This document shows, piece after piece, positions 1-11,785 of a stretch of 51,968 bases of DNA. A model generated the notes under the pieces. It saw nothing but the letters and a program-made list of their open reading frames with translations. It was not told the DNA's origin and made no database searches. Source of the stretch: Octopus bimaculoides (taxonomy: Eukaryota); NCBI RefSeq assembly GCF_001194135.2, contig NC_068984.1, positions 104,292,832-104,344,799 of the forward strand, read 5' to 3'. Position numbers and translations under genes: made by a program. Every line of letters begins with the position of its first letter. Within the stretch, counting starts at the first letter, position 1.

Positions 1-101
1 ACTACTGATTCCAAAACTACTTTGGCTGCTATTTCTGAATTCAGAAAAATTTGTAGTTTTGGAATCAGTAGTTCTTTGGCTGCTATTTCTGAATTCTCAG
101 T

Positions 102-145
102 ATGTTGGAGAAGCAGGATACTGCTAATCCCTATATATTTATGAT

Positions 146-177
<32 letters not shown>

Positions 178-603
178 TATTTATTTATATATATATATAT
201 ATATTTATTTATTTATGTATATATATTATTTATATATTTATTTATATATATATTTATATTTATATATATATTTATTCATTTATATATATATTTATTTATT
301 TATTTTTATATATATTTATTTATTTAACACAGACTATTGATTTTCCTGATGATATAAAGAATGAGAAAGATAAAAAAAATACAGACCATTGTGATAGCTG
401 TGGTAAATCATTCTCTCAGAATAATAGCTTAACTAAACATAAATGTATTCATATAGGAGAGAAACTACTGTATCACTAACTTAACTGCACACAAATGTGT
501 TCATTAGGAGAAAAATCATATTGTGTGATATCTATGATAAAATATTCCTTAGAAAAGGTAAATTAATGACTCACCAATGTATTCACGCAGGAGAAGAACC
601 ATA
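102..603 (+). pseudogene. Degenerate C2H2 zinc-finger array, 5' part
   Basis: [26 protein letters not shown] is a C2H2 finger with a TGEKPY-like linker. Further decayed linkers follow (ggagaaaaatcatat; cacgcaggagaagaacca = HAGEEP), with stops and frameshifts. Confidence 0.85.
131..326. repeat. (TA)n/(TTTA)n compound microsatellite inside the ZNF N-terminal region
   Basis: Directly visible; it produces the YIYIF low-complexity translation of ORF 102..479. Confidence 0.95.
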
Positions 604-810
604 TGTTATGCAAATTGTGCTATGATTTCAGCTGATTTCCCTTAACATAAAGGGCATGCGCATTTGATGATCAGGGAGAGAGAGTGGCCATTTTGAATAA
701 CATCTGTTTAATCGAGAATATTGTGGATAGCACTATATGACACTCTACTGTTTTGGACTATGATTGGAAATTAGTTTCTTTGAGCCAGGAATTACTGGTC
801 ATTCATAACA
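604..810 (+). repeat. 5' LTR (207 bp)
   Basis: Direct repeat of 1781-1977; by eye about 15 substitutions and one 10-bp indel. Confidence 0.95.
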
Positions 811-811
811 A

Positions 812-1723
812 TCATTGGAGAATGTGAAACAAATTTGTAGGAATTGTTCTATATGCCAAGAAGTGAAGCCACAATATTATAAACCAAACTTAGTTAACTT
901 GATTAAGGCCATGCAGCCATTTGAACAAATTTCAATTGATTTCAAAGGCCCAATTCCTTCTACAAAGCATCCTTATCTTCTAACAATTGTTGATTAATAC
1001 TCTTGATTTCTGTTTGGTTATCCAGTATCTGACACATCAGCTCAGACTGTTATAAGATGTTTTACAGACTTCTTGTCAGTTTTTGGCATGTCTGGTTATG
1101 TACATTCCTATCATGGGACTGCCTTTGTGTGTACAGAATTGAGAATATGGCTCCTTAGTAAGGACATTGCAACAAATAGGACAACACCATACAATCCCAC
1201 TGGAAACTGTCAAGTAGAAAGATATAACGGTACTATTTGGAAATCAGTACTACTCTCTTTGAAAACTTGTGCCCTTCCAGTATCTTCATGGGAAATAGTT
1301 CTTCCAGACGTGCTGCATTCAACCAGATCTCTACTTTGTATGTCCACCAATGCTACTCCTCACGAATGTCTCTTTAACTATCAAAGCCATTCAGCTACAG
1401 GAACATCTATGCCATCATGGCTTCTCTACCCAGGACCTGTGCTTGTGCAAAGGAACAATCGCACTACCAAGTATGACCCTATTGTTAACCAAGTTGATTT
1501 AATCAAAGCCAATCCCCAATACACTCACGTTTGTTGGCCAGACAGCCGTGAAACCACAGTATCCACAAAACACTTGGCATCACTGGGGAAAATGAACCCT
1601 ACTGATGAATTAACCCAGACATTTGTGGTCCCTCAAGAGCAAGACAGAAATCTAACTGAAATGTTTTCACCTCTTAGAGATAACCCTCTAAAACAAGAAG
1701 AAGAATCCCCTCAACTGCATTGA
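812..1723 (+). pseudogene. Gypsy integrase pseudogene (CxxC zinc-binding end, DDE core, C-terminal region)
   Basis: One frame reads SLENVKQICRNCSIC...PFEQISIDFKGP...LTIVD*...VHSYHGTAF...TTPYNPTGNCQVERYNGT. It has in-frame stops, and the second catalytic D appears as Y. Confidence 0.9.
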
Positions 1724-1780
1724 TCTCAAAGAATTCAGAAAGGCTTGAGCTAGAAATATTTTTAAGGAGGGGGGGGTGAA

Positions 1781-1977
1781 TGTTATACAAATTGTGCTGT
1801 GATTTCCCTTGGCATAAAGGGAATGCACATTTGATAATAAGGGAGAGAGAGTAGCCATTTTGAATAACATACGTTTAATCAAGAATATTGTGGATAGCAC
1901 TATATGACACTTTACTATTTTGGACTATGATTGGAAATTAGTTTCTTTGAGCCAGGAATTACTAGTCATTCATAACA
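1781..1977 (+). repeat. 3' LTR (197 bp)
   Basis: Preceded by the polypurine tract and followed by the TSD CCATA. Confidence 0.95.
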
Positions 1978-2380
1978 CCATATATCAGTGTTAAGTCATT
2001 CTCTCAATGTAGCAACATAACAAAACATAAATCTATTTATGCAGGAGAAGAACCACTGTCATATCTGTAGTAAGTCACTCTCTCCAAAAGATAAATTACT
2101 CACCAGCGTATTCTCCAAAAGATAAATTAATTACCCATCAATGTATTCATATATAAGAAAATTGTCTTGTGATATATGTGGTAAATTCTCCTTTTGAAAT
2201 GAACACTTAATTACTCACAAATGTTCAGAAGAGAAACCATATGAGATTGGTGTGATGTCTGTGATAAATCATTCCCTCACAGAAACACCTTAACTGTACA
2301 TAAATGTATTTGTACAAGAGAAACCTTATGGCTGTAATATGTAGTAAATCCTCTTCACTAAACATGTATGCATTCATAAA
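1978..2380 (+). pseudogene. Degenerate C2H2 zinc-finger array, 3' part
   Basis: Continues the GEEPY linker across the TSD (cca tat atc agt gtt aag tca ttc tct caa). Further decayed fingers include tgtgatatatgtggtaaa (CDICGK) and gagaaaccatat/gagaaaccttat (EKPY). Confidence 0.85.
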
Positions 2381-2479
2381 AAAAAAAACAAAAAAAACTA
2401 CCACCGCTACCAAGAGAGCTGATAGAAAATTCTAATATATAAAGGCTTATTTACTATATACAGGTGAATTCCATGAATG

Positions 2480-2514
<35 letters not shown>

Positions 2515-2587
2515 NNNNNNNNNNNNNNNNNNNNNNNNNNNNNNNNNNNNNNNNNNNNNNNNNNNNNNNNNNNNNNNNNNNNNNNNN
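2515..2587. other. Assembly gap (N run) within a (TA)n tract
   Basis: N run. Confidence 1.
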
Positions 2588-2596
2588 ATATATATG

Positions 2597-3410
2597 GGTG
2601 GGGTGCACGTGATAGTTGAAGACAGTTATCTGTATATTTTTTGAAACCAATTAAAAGGTTTTTTTTTTTTATTTCTTTTCATTTCCCCATAGAAGATAAA
2701 ATACTAACACAAGAAATAAAAAGACATGAAGTCATTGTTGTTATAACAGGATAAATGTGTGCAGATCCTTCTGATGTCCCCAGAGTGATGCAAATTGAGT
2801 TTCTAGCAACTGTGATAGATTTAGGAGTTGGTGAGTAATGAAGGTCATGTCTTAGCACCTCACATCTTTCCACAGTGTCTTAGAATTAATGCAGCTGGAA
2901 ACAGTTGTTAGGCCCTAGATGGATGAAGTATGCAATGCAAGACCATTTGTGGTCTTCAACAAAAATTAGCACCTTCTCACAGAGTCCATGTAGCTAAAGA
3001 ATGGATGTTAGACAAGCTTTATGATCGATCATTATAATGTTGTAACACCAAACTTGTGGCTTCCAAACTTGCAGGATTTAAATCCCATGGACTATTATGT
3101 TTGAAGTCTTTTTTGGAGTGTTGTTGATATGGAGACTAATCAACAAGCTCACAATATCATAGCATCATTAAAAGCTGCCAGTGTCCAGGTGAGGTCTGAA
3201 ATGAATTAGAATCATTTATAGGCATGTCAACAATTCCAGTTCCACATTATGCAGTTAGATAAGTTGAAGACACATTCATAGAATAATCTTATAAGAAAGC
3301 TTATTGAGAATATGTGCACAAATTTATATTAAAACATATTTGGTTTTTGCTTGGTTAGAGTTGTTTTATTAAATTACCAAATATGTCTTCAATTACCTCT
3401 TGCACTTTCT
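2597..3410 (+). mobile_element. Internally deleted Tc1/mariner-superfamily transposon, DD37D/maT-like
   Basis: Decayed transposase C-half: GVVSNEGHV..PHIFPQ.LRINA..., QQ..APSHR, WLPNLQDLNPMDYYV. Imperfect TIRs: gtgcacgtgatagttgaagaca and tgtcttcaattacctcttgcac. Confidence 0.7.
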
Positions 3411-3554
3411 GTGTGTGTATATATATATATATGCTGAAAGGAGCCCATTGTACGTGTACATGTGTGTGTGTGAGTGTCTCCTTGTTTTGGTACTGATATT
3501 GCATGATAATTGTAAATGAGTGTCACTGTCATAGAAGCTGTCATTTATTTCCAA

Positions 3555-4971
3555 CTAGCAGCTAAGCCCAGTTTCACCTGGTCAGAGAACGACGGGAAGA
3601 CATAAAAAAGAGGAAGAAGTGGATACGAAGTGGTGTTTGGGCGACGGATCTTGGTAGAAAAAAAAGAATGTCATGGTGAGTTAGTAAGGAGAGCAAAGCA
3701 AGACTGGACTTACGTGGGCTGGCAGGACGATGAAAAAATTGCGGAGTTGAAATTGGAGCAGTTGAAGTTGCTGTTGTTATCATTGGAGAACCTCTTGGTA
3801 GACAACATTCTTCGTCCTTCCCTCGGGTACACAAATAGAAAGACCATGGGGATAGCCAACGTACAGTTGTGCGTGTAAGNNNNNNNNNNNNNNNNNNNNN
3901 NNNNNNNNNNNNNNNNNNNNNNNNNNNNNNNNNNNNNNNNNNNNNNNNNNNNNNNNNNNNNNNNNNNNNNNNNNNNNNNNNNNNNNNNNNNNNNNNNNNN
4001 NNNNNNNNNNNNNNNNNNNNNNNNNNNNNNNNNNNNNNNNNNNNNNNNNNNNNNNNNNNNNNNNNNNNNNNNNNNNNNNNNNNNNNNNNNNNNNNNNNNN
4101 NNNNNNNNNNNNNNNNNNNNNNNNNNNNNNNNNNNNNNNNNNNNNNNNNNNNNNNNNNNNNNNNNNNNNNNNNNNNNNNNNNNNNNNNNNNNNNNNNNNN
4201 NNNNNNNNNNNNNNNNNNNNNNNNNNNNNNNNNNNNNNNNNNNNNNNNNNNNNNNNNNNNNNNNNNNNNNNNNNNNNNNNNNNNNNNNNNNNNNNNNNNN
4301 NNNNNNNNNNNNNNNNNNNNNNNNNNNNNNNNNNNNNNNNNNNNNNNNNNNNNNNNNNNNNNNNNNNNNNNNNNNNNNNNNNNNNNNNNNNNNNNNNNNN
4401 NNNNNNNNNNNNNNNNNNNNNNNNNNNNNNNNNNNNNNNNNNNNNNNNNAATTATAATGAATTGCTTAATATAAAGAAAAGTATGTTTTTTCAAGCAAAT
4501 ACAGTTAGAAAAAATATTTACCATTTCAAGTCATCACTAAAAACAAAGCTCATCAATTTTTGAATGAAATAATAATTTTATTCTTTTATTCTAAGTTGTG
4601 AATTTTGCCTGCGAAATAAAGCAAATAATCACCAAATGCATTGTTAAAAATCTCCAACTCGATAGCAAATACCTCCAAATTGATTAGAAATGCATAAATT
4701 TAATAATAACAATGTTATTGAGATTCCGGTTCAAATGACATGAGTGTTTTTGTTTCACTTTTGACACGTAATACTTAAATAGTGGAGGAGATATGATGTT
4801 GCTGTGGGCTGGAAGTATGCAAGAAGTTTGAATTTTTTTTTTACTAAAACACAACCAGGACCCTAAGTAAGGCATGCATAAAATTTGAATGAAATTGGTC
4901 GTGTAGTTCTGGAGTTTTAGGGATTCACACAGACACAGACATACATTCTCAATTTTATATATATATATAGA
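3555..4971 (-). mobile_element. Non-autonomous Helitron retaining the helicase C-terminus (spans a gap)
   Basis: On the minus strand the 5' end is A|TCTATATATATATATAAAATTGAG (4971). The 3' end is a GC hairpin (ccaggtgaaactgg) followed by CTAG|T (3558-3555). Positions 3878-3780 translate as LHAQLYVGYPHGLSICVPEGRTKNVVYQEVLQ*, matching the PIF1-helicase C-terminal QLYV...TKNVVY.EVL motif. Confidence 0.82.
3880..4450. other. Assembly gap (N run)
   Basis: N run. Confidence 1.
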
Positions 4972-5588
4972 TAATCTTCAAAAACGTTTTGTGATAGGGA
5001 AATATTACCTTACTTGGAAACAGGTGAGAGTTGCTGACAGGAAGGACATCTGGCTGTAGAAAATCAAACTTTGGATGACCCATGCAAATATGGAAAAAAG
5101 GACATTAAAAACAATGAAAGATATACATACATATATTTCCACAATAATATATACGTATATATAATATGCACACATATATATACATAGGATACACATATAT
5201 AAAAAGTTCCAGCCTGAGGGTTGCAATGAAAAAATTGACCCTGGTACTTAGCCCTTCAGCAAAAGAAACTGATAGAATAAATTTTGTGGACATAAACAAA
5301 CCAGCACCAGTTGTCAAGTGGTGGAGAGGACAAATGCAAACACAGATATACATACACATATATAGCATGGAAAGCGGACATTAAAGGATGATGATGATTA
5401 TATACACACATACATACATATATACACACACACACAATGGGCTTCTACACAGTTTCTCTGTTCAACAAATTCACTCACATGGTATTGGTTGGTCCTGGGC
5501 TTTAGTAGAAGACACTTCCGCAAGTGGGTTTGAACCTGAAACCCTGTAGTTGTTAAGTGAGCTTCTTAAGCATACATCATGCCTATGC

Positions 5589-5635
<47 letters not shown>

Positions 5636-5764
5636 CACAGACATGACAGAAGTTAATAGGCACCCCATAAAACATTATTTTATGTCTATCCTAACTTGTA
5701 AAGGTTTATATTTTTTATTAATCGACATTTTTATGTTTTAAGTTCTCTATGTGACTGTTTAATC

Positions 5765-6250
5765 ATGCCATGTACAAAAGAAGCCTGGGAACTGTCTGAA
5801 TTTCAAAGAAGCCATATTGTGGGTCATTCTGAAGGTGGACATAGCATAAAATCACAGAAAACTTTTGGATCCCACTTTCTGCAGTTAACAGAGTGATTGT
5901 GCAATTCACCAGAGAGTGGAAGGAGGCCAGATCAACCAGGGCCCTCTGACAGGACCCTTCTCTTTGTTAAGAGAAGTGTGGAGGATAATCCTCATTGCAA
6001 GACTTCTGAGAGAGCAGAACAAGTTGATGTCAGTCCCAGAACAGCTGTCAGGTATCTCCACAAACTTGGTTACTATAGTAGAGCAGCAAGAAGGAAGCCA
6101 CTTCTTTGACCAGCCAACATCAAGCAGAGAAAAGATGGGGCCAGTGAGATGGTGGAGAGGCCACTAGCATTTTGGGACACTGTCATATTCTCTGATGAGT
6201 CCAGATTTGCTGTATTTCCTGACAGTGGTCATGTGTGGATCTGGAGAGCA
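5765..6250 (+). mobile_element. Tc1-like transposase fragment (N-terminal HTH region to first catalytic D)
   Basis: ELSEFQRSHIVG...SGRR...VSPRTAVRYLHKLGYYSRAARRKPLL...WDTVIFSDESRF, frameshifted. Confidence 0.85.
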
Positions 6251-6305
6251 ATTTGGAGTAATGGTTGATCAGAGCTGGTGGAGTGTGAGGGAAACATAAA
6301 TAAAT

Positions 6306-6615
6306 AGGAGCACTCCATCGGTTATGACGACGAGGGTCTCAGCTGATACTACCAATGGAACAGCTTGCTCATGAAATTAATGTGTAAGTGGGTGAGCACT
6401 CTACAGACACATGCACCCTTAACATAGTTCTCAGGGAGATTCAGTGTGACAAGGCTGGCCCTTTGAAATACTGGTACTAATTTTTGCCAGCCGAGTGAGC
6501 TGGAGCAACGTGAAATAAAGTATCTTGCTCAAGGACACACCACGTTGCCAGGAATTGAACTCACAACCTTTCGATAATAAGCTGAATGCCTTAACCACTA
6601 AGCTACACACCTTCA
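6306..6615 (-). mobile_element. tRNA-derived SINE
   Basis: Reverse-complement head with A/B boxes (gtgtagcttagtggttaagg...gagttcaattcc). The central block and tail are shared with the SINE at 22881-23267. Confidence 0.75.
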
Positions 6616-6989
6616 TGAGGGAAACATACAATATATACCCATATATAAAACTGCACAGATCACTATGTAGTCATCTATGTATTACCTTTATAAAGATATA
6701 CCAATACAAGTGCACATGCAAACGTGCAGTGGTGATGGGCAGAAGGAAGGGAAATTGATTGAAAAGCATGCCTCTTCAAAAATATATTTTAAAAAATCAT
6801 GGGCTACATGATAACTGACAGAAATTAAAGCTATTTATCATTACTATGACTGTTACTACTAATAATATAGATAGGGCATGGGAATTTTTAACTGTCTGAT
6901 AGTTAAAACAAATTTCCATGCTCCACCTCCTTGCATTCAGCTGCTTATCCATGAAGACTTTGTGGGACTGAAAGAAATGTCAATTCATG

Positions 6990-9590
6990 AAGTAGCAAAT
7001 CCATGTTCCACTGACATGTACAAAGAACAATGGCCACCAGTCAAGTGCTTGCAAAAAGCATTTTTTCCAAATGCTGAAGGCAGTCTGCAACTGACCTGTT
7101 CACTCTTAGAGCAGCAACAATCAATGTTGGTGAAACAAAAGGTAAATCTGGTAAGATTATTGAAATGCTAGAGCAGAGGCATGTAGATGTGTGATGTACA
7201 AAGGATATAATGGAGGGGAGCCTCAGCTAGACTGTTCATAGCAAGGAACAGATGCAAATTCTTCTGGGTGTAGGTATACTTTTAGCAGGGAAATGGGTTG
7301 ATAAAGTGATCAAAGTAGTCAGTGTGTGTGATAAGCTTGTTAAGCTAATACTATCTGCACATGCCCCATATGTTGAGCTGGTAGATGAACAGAAAGCCTA
7401 TGACTTCCTTTTACAGATTACCTTGATGCAAGACAATGACTTTATTATTGTGGTTGGTGACTTCAGTGGACATGTTAGCCAACACGCCAATGAATTTCAT
7501 GGTGTGCATGGAGGATACAGCTTTGTAGTTAGAAATGAATAGGGAACCAGGCTGTTCAAGTTCAGTAATGCAAATGATTTACTGATCTGCAACTTCAGGG
7601 GACTGGCCAGCCAGCCACTTAATTTCCTATCACCAGAAATAGAGAGAGGCAGATACTTGTAAATATGAAGTCATCTGGTGAAAAATGCACAACTCAAAAT
7701 GTTAGTGATTTTAGGTTTAGGGTGAGGACTCAGATAGGCAAGCCAATTTAGAAAAGGGGGAAATGGAAGCTTAAGGATTCCTTGAACAATCAAAGATTTA
7801 GAGATGTTCTAATTGGAGCATTTGATGAAAAAGAGGAGGAAGCACAGACATAAAACAGTGAGGACAACTGGAAGTTCTAAAAAGACAATCTATTATGAGT
7901 GACATGGTGGAACAGTGAGGTAGACAGAGCAATAAAAGAGAAGAGACAGGTTTGAAAAGAGTGGAAATATGGAGGTAGCTTGAAGGGAAGCTAGGTGACT
8001 GGTTTATTTAGCAAGGGCACAAGCAGAAAGTAAGAGATTTGTCAATATCTTATGTGAGATAGTCCAAATTGCAAGATAGTATATAATAGAGAATTAAGAT
8101 ATAGTGGAAGAGAAGTGTGTATGGATGGATAAAGACATGCTTACATTTAGTGATTCTGAAAAGAGAGAGGCATCAAAGTGTTACTGTGAAAGGCTATTAA
8201 ATGTGGAAAGTCCATGGGAGAAAGAGTCTTCCAAATGTTGATCCAGCACAGGGACCAGCAGCATGATAGATACAGCAATTAAGGATATAAAGACAGAGAA
8301 AGCCCCTGGTTCACCAGGAATTACCACAGAAAATATCTAGCAAAGTAGGTTACAGTCTAGTCACTTGTATGTTATACTCAATGATTGGTTTAACAGCATT
8401 ATAGTCAGCTGTTACAAAGCTAAAAGTAACTTCAAACATATTAAACTACTGGATCAGGTCATGAAAGTAATGGAGAGAGTTATAGCCCAGTTAATTAGGA
8501 ATAGAATTAGACTAGATGAGATGCAGTTTGGTTTTGTGTCAAGGAAAAGCACTACAGACGCATTTTCTTAGTAAGACAACAGGAAAAGCATTTAGCTAAG
8601 ATTAAACCATTGTACTCGGCATTTGTTGACTTGGAGAAAGCCTTTGACAGAATCCCTTATTCTATGATCTGGTGGTCTCTGAGGATGTTAGGAGTAGACA
8701 TTGTGAAAGTCATACAAGTCATGAGTTTAGTGATGAATTCAGAATCCAAGTAAGAGTTCACCAGGGATTGGTTCTCAACCTATGTCTTATTCATCATTGT
8801 CCTCCAGCTCATAACAGAAGAGTTTAAGACTGGTTGCCCCTAGGAACTACTAGATGCTGACAACCTCATTCTCATAGTGGAATCTATAATAGAATTAGAA
8901 AAGAAATTCCAAGTGGGGAAGCAAAACCTAGAATCAAAGTTCTAGTAAGTAGGAAAACAGACAGGACTCTCCCCACTTCAGGTAAATGACCCTGCTTGAT
9001 ATGTAGCAAAGATGTAAGTGGAAATTCATAAGGTATACCAAGTGCAATGCAAACTATGGACACACAAGCAGGCTAATGGAGAAGATAGTCTTTGTATGTG
9101 GAAAGTGCACAGGAACAATGAATATCAAAGAGATGAAGGAAGTAGATTTTCTTGAATGCATAGGAGGCTCCCTGGAGGTAGTAGACAGATTGTTATCTAG
9201 GTGACCTAATTAGCAGTGGAGGAGGATGCTCTGAAAGTATTGTTTATAGAATAAGATGGAGGAAACTCAGAGAGCTATAACCTCTGTTGGCAACAAAAAG
9301 TTTCCAAATGAAAGGTAGATTGTATAATGCCAGTGTATGAGCAGCAATACCGCATGGCAGTAAAAATATGGGCACTGAATACAGAGGCAACGCAAAGACT
9401 AGAGAGGAATGAATCTAGTAATGTGCAAGAGTGAGGAACATGCTGGCTGCTCAAAATGAAGAGAATTTCTGAAAGAGGGCCAAGGAAGACATGAGATGAA
9501 ATAGTGAAAGCTGATCTGAAGATGTTGGGCCTTGTGGAGATGACAAATGATTGAGATGATTAATGATTGGCTGTGCTCGAGAAGGCTCAC
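6990..9590 (+). mobile_element. Decayed RTE-clade LINE (APE endonuclease plus RT)
   Basis: GVGILLAGKWVDKV...VVGDFSGHV...HGGY (APE), and LLDQVMKVMERVIAQLIR.RIRLDEMQFGFV.RKSTTDA plus FVDLEKAFDR (RT). Many stops. Confidence 0.85.
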
Positions 9591-10362
9591 CCACCACTAC
9601 AGAAATGATTTTCTCAAAGCATTCTGTTTATGTTTGTAACCCCTTCTGCCCTGGCAAGAATTCCCTACATCTCATTTCCATAACACTCCCAGTAACCTTT
9701 TATAAATTCCCTTTGTTCAAAGATTAGTCTAGCTCCTTCCACTAATGAGACACTGTGAGTGAGTGAGTGAGTGAGCGAGTGAGCAAGTGTGTGTGTGTGT
9801 GTGTGATCCAAATAGTAAAACAATGAAATACTTTAACACATCTTTAATGATTAGTTACAACTGTTTCTGTACCAACCCTGCTTGTAACATCAGTTTACAC
9901 AATATTTGAAGTGAAAATTTACATAATATTTGTGGCTTTAGACATTAGAGTAGCACTTCCTCAGACTTGCATAAAAGATGTGCTCATCCATCATGCATCT
10001 TCCAGACATTCTGTTTTTGTTTATACTAGGAGGAAACAAAAAGTAAATAAAAGTATGGTTAGTGGGTGAATAATTAGTAGAGATCATGCAAGAAGGATGA
10101 AGGGGAAGAATATGAAGAAGAATGAAGAGTGGGAGGAGGCTAAGGCTATGAAGAAATGAGGAAAAGACAATATATAGTTAATCAGTGTATTTGGACGAAA
10201 GATTCTCAGAATGGTTGGTCAGAACTACATTGTCACTGGTGTCAAATTTCATTTGATGGGTGAAAAATTATTTCAGTTTACCACTAGTGGCATTAAACAG
10301 ACAAAAGACAGATGAAATTGATAACAATAACAACAACGATTGCCAGAGTACTTATAGTGAGA

Positions 10363-10533
10363 AGATGGTGATGAAATGAAAAAAAAATAAGAATAATAAT
10401 ACTAGTTAAAAGGGTGGTATGAGAATGCCACAAACCACATGCTAGCCAGCAAAAGTGTTCCAGTGACCTTAGAATGTGATATGTGGTGACAGAAAAAGAA
10501 ATGAAAAAAAGGGGGAAGCTAATGGGGATGGGC
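10363..10533 (+). repeat. Local duplicate A (copy 1; copy 2 at 11558-11737)
   Basis: Alignable over about 170 bp, including the identical block atgctagccagcaaaagtgttccagtgaccttagaatgtgatatgtggtgaca. Confidence 0.95.
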
Positions 10534-10926
10534 GTGTTCTAAAGAGTTAAAGCAGAAACCTAGAATTTAGAATTTAACTGAAAAGTAGTCAAGAAATTCA
10601 TAAAATATGTTAGTTTTGAGCTAATATAGCTTAAGTGAATTGAAGACAAATAAAATAGAGAAACTATAGAAAAAATAAATTTGAAATTTAAAATTTCAGA
10701 ATGTTTAAAAGCACTGGTATAGTTACAAGAAAATTAATACTTAGCTAGTAATATAGATATATCAACCCTATAAAGGGGACTACAGAAAAACAGGGACACT
10801 GTTGATAGCCGAGAACTTGGGTTGAATGCTTCTCTGGAAATACTCTACTAGAAATATATATATATAAGCCAATGAAAAGAAGGAGACAAAGAAAATTCTT
10901 TAACACATCTTTAATTATTAGTTACA

Positions 10927-11189
10927 GGAGGCGCAATGGCCCAGTGGTTAGGGCAGCAGACTCGAGGTTTCGATTCCCAGACCGAGCGTTGTGAGTGTTT
11001 CTTGAGCGAAAACACCTAAAGCTCCATGAGGCTCCGGCAGGGGATGGTGGCGAACCCTGCTGTACTCTTTCACCACAACCTTCTCTCACTCTTACTTCCT
11101 GTTTCTGTTGCGCCTGTAATTCAAAGGGTCAGCCTTGTCACAGATCAACTGGAATACTCGACGTCGTAAGCGACGGAGTGCCAACAACA
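10927..11189 (+). mobile_element. tRNA-derived SINE, internally deleted, 14-bp TSD
   Basis: Head GGAGGCGCAATGGCCCAGTGG...TTCGATTCC; TSD AATTATTAGTTACA at 10913-10926 and 11190-11203. Same family as 22881-23267. Confidence 0.9.
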
Positions 11190-11412
11190 AATTATTAGTT
11201 ACAAATGTATATATACTCCAATATCTAAAACTGAAAATATTACATGATTTTTCATTTAGAATTTTCATGTAAACTGGCATTGCAAATGGAGATGGTACGG
11301 GAACATCATCATCATTGTTTAACGTCCGCTTTCCATGCTAGCATGGGTAATATCGAGGTCTCTTTCTTTCTTTTGTTGTCTTACCTTTTCTATCAATATA
11401 TATACAAACACA

Positions 11413-11785
11413 CAGTAATCCCTCGACTATCGCAGGTGTTACATTCCAAACTACCCTGCGATAGGTGAAAATCCACGAAGTAGAAACAATACTGGATATT
11501 TTTTTATTTTTATAATTCGTATATATTTATTTTATTATAAATGCAAAACACTACCACAGATGGTGATGAAATGAAAATAGAAATAAGAATAATAATACTA
11601 GTGATATGGGTGGTACGAGAATGCCACAAACCATATGCTAGCCAGCAAAAGTGTTCCAGTGACCTTAGAATGTGATATGTGGTGACATAAGACAGAAAAA
11701 GAAATGAAAATAGAGGGGGAAGCTAATGGGGATGGGCTTAATCAACATAAGCTTAAATAAACTGCAATATGGCGAGGGATTACTG
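11413..11785. mobile_element. pogo/Tigger-like MITE with foreign interior
   Basis: TIRs CAGTAATCCCTCG and CGAGGGATTACTG, with TA at the right flank. The interior 11558-11737 is duplicate A. Confidence 0.8.

Larger units (their letters stand above)
604..1977 (+). mobile_element. Ty3/Gypsy LTR retrotransposon deletion derivative (two LTRs plus integrase region only)
   Basis: LTRs at 604-810 and 1781-1977 both run TGTTA...TAACA. The 5-bp TSD CCATA is at 599-603 and 1978-1982. A polypurine tract lies at 1764-1776. The interior encodes only decayed integrase. Confidence 0.93.

Noticed and set aside
3574-4524. Long ORFs 3574..4524 and 3869..4474
   Set aside because: Artefacts of translating through the N gap.
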